Assembly (NCBI GenBank): GCA_963804955.1
Contig: CAWDSQ010000024.1
Coordinates: 128,001 to 192,000, forward strand
From: an uncultured delta proteobacterium
GTDB lineage: Bacteria; Desulfobacterota; WTBG01; CAIYCZ01; CAIRTM01
DNA length: 64,000 bases
Direction: 5' to 3'
Made by a program: the position numbers and the translations under genes
In this document: piece by piece, positions 32,071 to 40,759 of the stretch
Layout of the letters: each line of letters begins with the position of its first letter
How positions within the stretch are numbered: position 1 is the stretch's first letter
The notes under the pieces: generated by a model
Databases searched by the model: none
Told to the model about the DNA's origin: nothing
What the model saw: only the letters and a program-made list of their open reading frames with translations

Positions 32071-32880
32071 ATGGTAATCCCATGGTACGGTTTGGTTTTT
32101 TTTATCTGCTATCTAGTCGTCATCTGGTTCATAAACGCTCTGATGATGCGAAGCCTGCGGGGCATGGCGGGGCAGAAGAAGAAGCATGCAACATGGCTTG
32201 CCCTGTCAAATATCTGTCTTGCCGCGGGAGACACCGTGCTGTTTCTCAGCCTGCTGATCAGCTTCGTGCAGAATGCGGCGCCGTGCGAGTTCTCATTTTT
32301 TTATCTGCCCCTCTTTTCGTCAATGCCCGGCACGCAGTTCCTGACCGTGCCCGGAGGGATATTCGCCACATCGGTTACCATGTCCCTGTATTATCTTTTT
32401 CTGGCGCTGTATGTTCGTGACGTGTTTGAAACCGGCATGACCGGCCCGGCAATGGCTGCCGTATATGTCCTGTGCGCGGCACGGATGCTGCTGCTGCTCT
32501 CTCCTGACAATATCTGGCTTGCTTCCTGCCTGCCGGCCAATACGCCCAATTACAGCGCCTGGCTGCGCAATGCGCCGTTTTTTGCTTACGGTATGCTTGC
32601 CATTCTGGCACTGGCCCGCGCCACGCGTCGGGCGGGCTCTCATGGCGGGAGCCGGGGTACAGGGTATTTGAAAAATATGACTGCTGTGATAGCCGCTTTG
32701 CTGTGCTCCTTCACCTTTTATGGCATTGACATCTTTTTCTCGCACAAGATCGGCGGAATGGGCATATGGATGGCCATGATAGCCAAAACCATCGCCTATA
32801 TTGTTGCGGCGATTGCCATGTGGCGTGCGGAGTTTAAAAGCGGACCGGAGCCGAGCGGCAGTTTATTATCTGACATATGA
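32071..32880 (+). CDS. Uncharacterised polytopic (~7 TM) membrane protein
   Basis: GDT, ATSVTMS.YY, WLRNAPF, SF.FY, MIAKT; AAGGAG RBS. Confidence 0.75.
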   Translation: MVIPWYGLVFFICYLVVIWFINALMMRSLRGMAGQKKKHATWLALSNICLAAGDTVLFLSLLISFVQNAAPCEFSFFYLPLFSSMPGTQFLTVPGGIFATSVTMSLYYLFLALYVRDVFETGMTGPAMAAVYVLCAARMLLLLSPDNIWLASCLPANTPNYSAWLRNAPFFAYGMLAILALARATRRAGSHGGSRGTGYLKNMTAVIAALLCSFTFYGIDIFFSHKIGGMGIWMAMIAKTIAYIVAAIAMWRAEFKSGPEPSGSLLSDI

Positions 32881-33062
32881 AGAATGTTACCCCGTTTGCA
32901 CTTCTGTATATCATGGTATTATCAGTAATAAACAGACTATTCAATAATGTATTTGACAATATTACTATAGTTTGAAATAAACAAATTAAACAAAAATCGG
33001 AAATCACAGAATTCTATAATATATGTTAGGCGTTTTCTTTACAACAACAAGGTGAATAAACT

Positions 33063-34241
33063 GTGAATCGAAATGATGAAAAACTTGAAGTGAGGAAACT
33101 TACAGTAGAGTTAGCCCTTGCCAATAAAGAACTTGCTCTTCAAAAAGAAGAGAAGAGAAAACGGGCAGCAGAGTTAGTCATTGCCAACAAAGAACTTGCT
33201 CTTCAGAAAGAAGAAAAAAGAAAACGGGCAGCAGAGTTAGTCATTGCCAACAAAGAACTTGCTTTTCAGAACGAAGAGAAAAGAAAAACGGGCAACAGAG
33301 TTAGTCATTGCCAACAAAGAACTTGCTTTTCAGAATGAAGAGAAAGAAAAACGGGCAGCAGAGTTAGTCATTGCCAACAAAGAACTTGCTTTTCAAAATG
33401 AAGAGAAAGAAAAACGGGCAGCAGAGTTAGTCATTGCCAACAAAGAACTTGCTTTTCAGAAACGAAGAGAAAGAAAAACGGGCAGCAGAATTAGTCATTG
33501 CCAACAAAGAACTTGCTTTTCAAAACGAAGAGAAAGAAAAACGGGCAGCAGAATTAGTCATTGCCAACAAAGAACTTGCTTTTCAGAACTGAAGAGAAAG
33601 AAAAACGGGCAGCAGAGTTAGTCCTTGCCAACAAAGAACTTGCTTTTCAGACTGAAGAGAAGAGAAAACGGGCAGCAGAGTTGGTCCTTGCCGACAAAGA
33701 ACTTGCTCTTCAGTATGACAAGAGAAAAAAAGCAGAGGTATTGGCAACGCATGACCATTTAACAGGATTACCCAATCGAGTCTTGCTCAATGATCGCATC
33801 AATCAATACTTACTTCTAGCCAAGCGAACGAAGACATTGGCAGGTTTGATAACTTTAGACATAGATGGATTCAAACAGATAAATGATACTTATGGACATC
33901 ATATAGGCGATGTCGTTTTAATGTCAATTGCAAAACGATTAACTGAACTAATTCGGGAATCAGACACAATTGCACGTCTTGGAGGAGATGAGTTCATTCT
34001 GCTCGCTACAGAAGCCAAGAGTATGAACGATATCAAGAATCTCGCCAATCGTATTTTGAAGATTGTCCAAAATCCAATTATTGTGGGCAAACAAAAAATT
34101 ATGGTTAAAATTAGTATTGGCATCGCCTGCTATCCATCTAGTGGACAAACAGCCAAGACATTAATGAACAATTCGGATAAAGCCTTATATGCTGCTAAAG
34201 CACAAGGCAAAAACTGCTATGCAATTTGGGGGGTCAAATGA
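33063..34241 (+). CDS. Diguanylate cyclase with an N-terminal 21-aa tandem-repeat coiled coil (three +1 indels in the repeats)
   Basis: HDHLTGLPNR, DIDGFKQINDTYGH, RESD..ARLGGDEF, SIG, ALY.AK..GKN. Confidence 0.9.
33108..33740 (+). repeat. Coding tandem repeat, 10 x 63 bp (ELVIANKELAFQNEEKEKRAA)
   Basis: Units start at 33108, 33171, 33234, 33298, 33361, 33424, 33488, 33551, 33615 and 33678. Confidence 0.95.
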
Positions 34242-34353
34242 TATGTATATAAACTAAAGTACGTTGTTGACAAATTGTACATGCTTAAATCCCCCCGCTT
34301 CTGTTTTTAATATTTTAAACCGCCAACAACATATTAATTCTGGACAATAATTT

Positions 34354-34439
34354 AGTTCGTAGGGCGGGTGCTAACCCGCCATTTTTAATTCATGATAACC
34401 CTTATCTGACTTATTGCGCGGCGGGTTAGCACCCGCCCT
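34354..34439. repeat. GTAG-type REP doublet (REPIN-like), right arm interrupted by the IS
   Basis: GTAGGGCGGGTGCTAACCCGCC ... GGCGGGTTAGCACCCGCCCT|. Confidence 0.85.
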
Positions 34440-34539
34440 TCTATGAGGACCGTTGTCAAGCCTCGGGTTAATTTTTTTTGTTTTTTTCTTTCTTTATCTT
34501 TTGATACTCATTCCGTTTTGGCCGGTTGGGCTTGTCGTT

Positions 34540-34710
34540 TTCCGGGAACCTTGCCCGGAACCACCTTCTATCCGTGCCGGTATTATAACCGTGCATCCAC
34601 ATACTGCGTGCGCCAATTGGCGTCAGTCCAACCAGTTTAAGAAGCCTTCAATCTACAAAGACGGTGCTTTTAGACCCAGGGCGGGTACGAAGGGCTTCAC
34701 CAACTGGAAT
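34540..34710 (-). ncRNA. Predicted bridge/seek RNA of the IS110 element (boundaries approximate)
   Basis: Guide-like segments match the target (34678-34686, 34653-34657) and the donor junction (34599-34606, 34565-34571) within stem-closed loops. Confidence 0.75.
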
Positions 34711-34745
34711 GCCTATCAAATCCTTTTCCTCCTGTTGTATGTCCT

Positions 34746-35888
34746 TTATGCCATCTTCAGTATCGCGCCTTCCGGCACGATGTCGTGATCAACATACTTC
34801 CACAGCGCTATGAGCAGTTTTCTGGCCAGCGCCACGATCCCTATTCGCCTCATTCGCTTGTTGCCCCCTCCAAAGCGCTCATGAAACCACGTGCTTAGCT
34901 TACTGCCAGGCTGCCATCTCAGCCATCCCCAGGCTAGCTCTATCAGCAAAGCTCGTATCCGCCGATTGCCCGCTTTGCTTATCCCTTGCTCAATCTGCAT
35001 ATCCCCGCTACTGTAGGGCATTGGCGCAAGACCCGCTGCACCTCCCACCTGCTTCACATTCTTGAATTCCCGCCAGCCAAAAAACTCATAGATCAAATCC
35101 CATGAACTGATCGGCCCAATTGCCCGTATCCGGGCAAGCTTGCTTACCTTGCGCATTTGTTCAGGACTTGCCGCAAGCTGCCGCTTCTTTTCCTCTTGTA
35201 TCTGCCTCAGCTGCCGGTCCAGCACCCCTATCCGTTCATACTCCCGCTTCATCTCCTGCACGATATGCTCTGGCAGTTTGCTTCCATCCCAGGCTCGCAC
35301 TTCTTCTAGCAGCTTCAGAAATTTACTGCCTACCTCTGCATGTATCCCATACAATACAAGTAATGACTTTATCCGGCTTACATGTGCTCCCCGTTCCTTT
35401 AACAGCCGATCCCGCTCTCGGTTGAGTCGCCGTTCATCTTCCTGTTCCTGTGTCGGAACCCGTACCACACTCCAGACTTTCTGCTCTCCTCCCAAGTGCC
35501 GTATCAGCATGGTTAACAACTTTAACCCATCTACCCGGTCCGTCTTGGCCCGCCGATGCCGCCGGTTCACTTCGATACTGGCCGAGTCCACCACGATATT
35601 CTTTATCCCTATGCTCTCCAAATACCGATGTATCCAAAACCCGTCTCGTCCCGATTCATAACAGCTGTATATGGCGCAATCTTCATCCAGGCTAAAATGC
35701 TTCCGGGCCTTGACCAGCTCTTCCTTAAACTCTTCAAGATCTGCTGATGTTATTGTTCGCTCCCTCCTGCGTTGCCCGTCCCCAAACGTCAGGTTCCATT
35801 TCTTGTTGGACAGTTCAAGGGATATGTACAAAACCTGCTTACCTGTGCTATTCTTTGCCTCGGTTTGGATCATTTGATTGTTCGCCAT
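34746..35888 (-). CDS. IS110-family recombinase/transposase (intact ORF)
   Basis: SLELS, CYESGRDGFWIHR, RAKTDRVD, GLAP....SG, ISKAGN, ALARKLL. Confidence 0.96.
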   Translation of the reverse strand: MANNQMIQTEAKNSTGKQVLYISLELSNKKWNLTFGDGQRRRERTITSADLEEFKEELVKARKHFSLDEDCAIYSCYESGRDGFWIHRYLESIGIKNIVVDSASIEVNRRHRRAKTDRVDGLKLLTMLIRHLGGEQKVWSVVRVPTQEQEDERRLNRERDRLLKERGAHVSRIKSLLVLYGIHAEVGSKFLKLLEEVRAWDGSKLPEHIVQEMKREYERIGVLDRQLRQIQEEKKRQLAASPEQMRKVSKLARIRAIGPISSWDLIYEFFGWREFKNVKQVGGAAGLAPMPYSSGDMQIEQGISKAGNRRIRALLIELAWGWLRWQPGSKLSTWFHERFGGGNKRMRRIGIVALARKLLIALWKYVDHDIVPEGAILKMA

Positions 35889-35959
35889 GTTTGTCTCCTT
35901 TATGCTGAAAGTTATTGACGTGACTTTTTTAGCATATCCGAGACGTGACGCCTGTCAAA

Positions 35960-36020
35960 TGATCCTTTCCTTCATAGTATCTACCGGCTAATACTTGATC
36001 CTTTCCTTCATAGTATCTAC
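35960..36020. repeat. Direct duplication of the 25-bp IS end, tgatcctttccttcatagtatctac
   Basis: Copies at 35960-35984 and 35996-36020. Confidence 0.92.
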
Positions 36021-36028
36021 AGACTGTT

Positions 36029-36472
36029 TTAATCTTGCGCCAGAACTTTTTTGGCAATCATCCGTTTATAAATCCACTGTGAGATATTAATAAAATAAAC
36101 AGCATTGGCAAAAAGCATGCATGCGGCCAATCCGTTCTGGCCCCAGTTTAACCAGAGCCCGGCAAAATAGAAAATATACGATAAAATAGCCGCCAGATTG
36201 CCAACATCCTCCCAGAAGAATTCACGGCACATGAAATATTTATTATAGAACTGCTTCTCCCAAATTATACCGATTATGGTATTGACCCAAAGCAGCACAA
36301 AATTAATCCAGAAGGTGATCAGCGCGCCGGTCCATCCCTGGCCGGTGAGCAGGACACGCAGCACATAATACAAGCTCATGAATAAAATTAAAATCTGCAC
36401 CCCGCCTATCATCATCATCGCGCGGGTCAGCGGCGACGCGTCCTGCCGGGTCTTTTGTTCTGCTGTATACAT
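36029..36472 (-). CDS. bchF: BchF-like (3-vinyl bacteriochlorophyllide hydratase family) membrane protein
   Basis: MYTAEQ..R.DAS..T, G.IWEKQ...KY....EFFWEDV, Y.IN..Q; AGGAGG RBS. Confidence 0.8.
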   Translation of the reverse strand: MYTAEQKTRQDASPLTRAMMMIGGVQILILFMSLYYVLRVLLTGQGWTGALITFWINFVLLWVNTIIGIIWEKQFYNKYFMCREFFWEDVGNLAAILSYIFYFAGLWLNWGQNGLAACMLFANAVYFINISQWIYKRMIAKKVLAQD

Positions 36473-37026
36473 AAGGACCTCCTGTCGTTTATTTTCCAGT
36501 TCCAAGTTGTTTGGACACGGTTGCTTCGTCATTCATGCCGAACTGCTTTTCAACTCGGCGATATAAGCCGGTTGTTAATGCATTGACTTGATCTGATGTT
36601 CTATGGCCACCCCATACATGCTTAAGATAAAAGACCAGAAATTTCCGGTACAGCTTCATGGGCATGAAACGACGGAGAACGTCACATAGTATAACCTGTT
36701 CAGAACCAGTTGCTTTGAAAAAAAAGCTGGGAAATTCATCTGTTTATTTTGTTCGATCATGCGGTTTATTGCGCTGAACATGCAGCAGGTTCCAAACAAA
36801 ATTATAACAAGGTGTTTAAAAAAATTTGTTTCTTTAAGGAAAGTATAAATTCAACGGCTTTTGCTGTCAATAAAATAGTACATGCGCGTTTACAAATTTT
36901 CAAGCTTTGCATCTTACCAGTTTATCCGTCACAACGTACCCACATATTTTTAAATTTTCACCGTTGCGAAAAATTGCCTGGGAATAAATCGAAAACAGCA
37001 AACAATTTAGCCTCACAGTCCGTCAT

Positions 37027-37110
37027 TCATTCAACTTCTTTTTCAGGCCGGTACTCTCCAAGCTCCTTGCCGCCGAACTGCGTAATGGTCAACTTGAAAA
37101 AATTTGAATG
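37027..37110 (-). repeat. 84-bp duplicate of the 3' end of the gene at 39025-39522 (copy of 39025-39108)
   Basis: Near-identical sequence, with TGA instead of TAA as the stop. Confidence 0.9.
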
Positions 37111-37113
37111 CCC

Positions 37114-37199
37114 AGTTCGACGGGCGGGTGCTAACCCGCCATTTTTAATTCATGATAACCCTTATCTGACTTATTGCGGCGGGTTAGCACCCGCCCTTC
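37114..37199. repeat. Second copy of the REP doublet, with degenerate GTAG/CTAC ends
   Basis: Near-identical to 34354-34441, including the spacer. Confidence 0.88.
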
Positions 37200-37288
37200 A
37201 CACTGAAGGCAAGGACGCGTTTGTGTAATTTGTCAACAACGCTCAAGCTACCACATATAAATTTGAATCAACCTTCTTGTTTGTGATG

Positions 37289-38927
37289 CTAACGAACAGT
37301 GCGCGACATATGTATAAGCTGCACGGTATCATTGGCATCAAAAATCATAAAACGCGGTTCCGGTGAGAGCTTTCTTTTTGGCCATACCGTCCACTCCGGC
37401 AGTTCCGGCACGTTCGGATCGCCCGTCCGGGCAAACTGGGCATTATAGGCCATTATGGCATCCGTTAGCGCCTGCCAGCCCGGGCGATTGTCTTCCCGGA
37501 AGATGAGCTTCTCAATACCGTCAAAAACGGGAGAATGACCCGGTAAGGCCGAAATTAAAGGGTATATCAAGGCCGTGGCAGGCCCCGAGTGCCTGGGCCC
37601 AGCTCATTCTATTTGTAGGGCCAATGTCGGTGGGCCAGGCATTATAGCCGAACCTGCGGTACTGGCCGTACTCAAAGATATAGCTGTAGACACCCGGCTG
37701 CGTGTCATGCGCGCTCATTTTGTATGCCAGGGAATCAAGCCCCGTGATGCGGGAAATCTGCGTTCCCTGTTTGCCAATCAACTGATAAAGGCTTTTAGGA
37801 AAAAACTTATACACACCAAACAGATACATGAACAGCTTGCCTTCTTCAGACGTGCTGCCGATGATAATCGGAACCTGGGCATATTTTGCAGGATCGTCAA
37901 AGGCGCCGGCGCCCTCGGCAGGAATGACCGCTCCATCGTTGAAAACATCCGGATTGCCCTTCAGCCCGGAGGTTGCCGAAAAAAAGTCTGCCGTGGTTTT
38001 TGACAGCAGATAGGCCCTGATCCCGGCATTGCTCATGCTCTCCCGCTCAGCGGCTGCCTGGTCCGCAGGCGTTCCATCCTTCACCAGCAGGGCCTCGATG
38101 ACGCTGTTGGCGTATTCTTCGCCCTCTTCCACTGATTTGGGCGCAAGGCCGCCGCTCTGCGATATGACCCGGTGAAAGAGGCCTTTGGCCGGGGGTGAAA
38201 TCATCAGGATCAAGCCATTCACCCCGCCTGCCGACTCTCCGGCAACGGTAATATTGTTCGGGCTGCCGCCGAAGGCCTCGATATTGTCGCGCACCCAGGC
38301 AAGGGCTTTTATGATATCAAGGATGGCAAAATTGCCGGAGCCGCTGAGGGGGTCCCGGCCTTCGCGCAGCGCCGGGTGGGTGAACCATCCCAGGGGGCCA
38401 AGCCGGTAGTTGATGGTAACAACAACCATGTTGTTCCTGCCGGCCAGAGCCGCACTGATGTAGGGGTCGGCAGAGCCGACCTTGTTGCTGCCGCCATGAA
38501 TCCAGAAGTAAACGGGCAGATTTTTCTCTGTTGAGCGCGGCCGCCATATATTCAGATAGAGGCAATCCTCGCTGCCCTTGAGGACGGTTGTGCCATTGTC
38601 AGAAGCGGTTTGCGGGCACCAGCTGCAGAACTCTGTGCTCTGTTTTGTCTCCATCCAGGCATCAGGATCCTGCGGCGCTTGCCAGCGCAGCTCTCCCACC
38701 GGGGGCCGGGCATACGGGATGGCCTTCCAGACCCGGGTTGTATAATTATCTTCAAAGCCCTTAACAGCGCCCCGGTTTGTGGTGACGGTTGCAGTATCCT
38801 CCCATGAAGCTGCTGCATACGCATTCGGGGTCGGACCGCTGCCGCCGTCTGCCTGCATGCCCGGAACAGCCGACAGGGCAAAAAGCAGAGCGGCAAAAAA
38901 AGCTGTTCGCAGGATATGTGTGCTCAT
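37289..38927 (-). CDS. Type-B carboxylesterase, secreted (frameshift near 37540)
   Basis: IPYARPPVGELRW, SEDCLYLNIW, HGGS, NYRLG, GESAGG, ACHGLDIPF, FARTGDPN. Confidence 0.92.
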
Positions 38928-39024
38928 AGGCTTCCTCCCTGTTCAATAAAAAGGAATGAAGGTTTGTGCATGCTGGATTAATCAGGGATAGCCACCGATG
39001 CTGCGCTCCCCTTCTGTCCTTTCT

Positions 39025-39522
39025 TTATTCAACTTCTTTTTCAGGCCGGTACTCTCCAAGCTCCTTGCCGCCGAACTGCGTAATGGTCATCTTGAAAAAA
39101 TTCGAATGTTCGGGGTCCTTCAGGATAGGGCCGAGAAATTTATCTTTCAAGCCAGGCGGAAACATGCCCCGGGCTTCCATCGTGTCGCCGAGTGCCATGA
39201 TCTCCTTCGGGTCGGTAATCTGCGAAAGCTCTCCGTCGAGAATGACGCTCCACCAGCCCCGCCGCCGCGGATCGCCGCCAATCTGAAAGGTATGAAAGAC
39301 CGTAAAGCAGACATTTTTGCAGGTCTTAAAGTAGTTGTACTTTCTGCCGCTCAAGCCCAGGCCGAAGTACAAACCGCCATTATCGTAATGCGTATAGGTG
39401 AGCGGCACGCCATAGGGCCGGCTGCCGTCGGTGAAGCACAATACGCCGTCGCGCTTGGATTTCAGCAGCTCTTCAATTCTCGGCTTTTCCAAAAACAGTG
39501 ATTGTGTTTTAAGCTCTGCCAT
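39025..39522 (-). CDS. Pyridoxamine 5'-phosphate oxidase-like (NimA-type) flavin-binding protein
   Basis: GVLCF....PYGVPL.Y, GRK, VCFTV, WWSVI..G. Confidence 0.85.
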   Translation of the reverse strand: MAELKTQSLFLEKPRIEELLKSKRDGVLCFTDGSRPYGVPLTYTHYDNGGLYFGLGLSGRKYNYFKTCKNVCFTVFHTFQIGGDPRRRGWWSVILDGELSQITDPKEIMALGDTMEARGMFPPGLKDKFLGPILKDPEHSNFFKMTITQFGGKELGEYRPEKEVE

Positions 39523-39630
39523 AGGGTACTCCTTTTAAAATAATTAGAATTCAGAAGCCAGTAGCCGGAATTCAGAATGAAGACAATAAAATCAAAAAAT
39601 AATTGATTGAATCGGTGCGCGGTGCGAACC

Positions 39631-40188
39631 CTACCTGCTTTCCTGTTTCTCCCACACCACATTGCGAAATCCTTTGCGCAGGTCAAGATAGCGTATCTTA
39701 TGCGGTTCAATGGTTATGATATTGAAATTGACATTGTTTACCGCCTGCTCAAGCCCCTGTGCAGCCACGGCCTCTCTGTTGCGGAAATATTTCATGACCT
39801 CCTGCGCCCGGGCCGGATCGTCATTTTTTTTAAACAGCGTTGCGCTGCCCCATACCTGCAGCCCCGAGGCGCTCAGATAGTCTTTTTCGGGATAATACGG
39901 ATCATTGATGGTGTAGGACACGGAAGGATTTTTTTGCATGCTTAAAATCTTGCTGCCCCCTTCGGACAGAATATAGACGGTCAGCCCGTTGTTGAAATAT
40001 TCCAGCGTGGTGCAGCGCGGCTCATTGTCGCGGCAGGTGGCAAGGTTGAGCACATTGTGCGAGCTGATGTAGGCAGCGGCGACTTTTTCAAACTCAGCGG
40101 CAGACATGGCTTCGATAAGATGGATGCCGAACTTTTCGAAGACAGCCTGCTCCTGCCTGTTTGCATGGGGGATTATAAGCTTTGGCAT
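39631..40188 (-). CDS. Pyridoxamine 5'-phosphate oxidase family protein
   Basis: LNLAT...EPRCT.LEY, GG.K....NP.VS, GLQV.G.A. Confidence 0.85.
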   Translation of the reverse strand: MPKLIIPHANRQEQAVFEKFGIHLIEAMSAAEFEKVAAAYISSHNVLNLATCRDNEPRCTTLEYFNNGLTVYILSEGGSKILSMQKNPSVSYTINDPYYPEKDYLSASGLQVWGSATLFKKNDDPARAQEVMKYFRNREAVAAQGLEQAVNNVNFNIITIEPHKIRYLDLRKGFRNVVWEKQESR

Positions 40189-40263
40189 AGCTGAAGACTC
40201 CATAAAAACAGAAATAAAAAAACAGAGGCCGGCATTCAGAAGTCAGAATAGAGAAAATAAAAA

Positions 40264-40497
40264 TCAGTTTATCGGTGGGCATAGCCCGGAAACCTTCTTG
40301 TTCTTTTCTATAAACCCCATTTTTCTGCCTTTTCGGGATATGGTCAGACAGATGGTTCCGGAATCATATAAATATGCCAGGGGTATGCCGTACGCGGCGC
40401 CAACGCCGGCAAGCGATAAAACGCCGACCTTATTCTGGCGTAAGAACGACTCGATGGCCTGCATTGAAAGTTCTTTTACATTGCTCTTTGTTTTCAT
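40264..40497 (-). pseudogene. Truncated NimA/PNPOx-like gene (N-terminal half only)
   Basis: VGVLSL....YGIPLAY...GRKM..IEKNKKV, then the frame ends. Confidence 0.65.
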
Positions 40498-40759
40498 CAA
40501 GGTTCCCTTTAAAAAATTACACGCTTGTTTTATTTTTGAATTGTTAATGGCGTGTGAAGTTCGTGCGGCTTTGTTCTCACCGGCTTTATAAGCATAAAAT
40601 ATTATAATGAATACTTATGAAATTTTGTAAAATCTGTCAATTGTAAAAACAACTTCGGCATGCATAAGCAAACAACCCGAGAATCAAAAGCAGTTGACAG
40701 TGTGCGCAGTGTGCACCGCATGACGATAGGGTATTTAAAAAATGGCGCGCAGTGCGCAG

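Larger units (their letters stand above)
34440..35982 (-). mobile_element. IS110-family element (IS1111-type layout) with a CT core at 34438-34439 and 35981-35982
   Basis: Subterminal inverted repeats CTATGAAG/CCTCATAG, a long downstream non-coding end, no TSD other than CT, and insertion into the REP CTAC. Confidence 0.88.

Noticed and set aside
33108..33740. CRISPR array
   Set aside because: The units are contiguous with no unique spacers, the period is a multiple of 3, they encode a coiled coil, and no cas genes are present.
35960..36020. Mini-CRISPR or TIGR-like array
   Set aside because: There are only two copies with an 11-nt gap, and the repeat equals the IS end.
36029..36472. Photosynthesis gene cluster
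   Set aside because: Only bchF is present; phototrophy cannot be claimed from this window.
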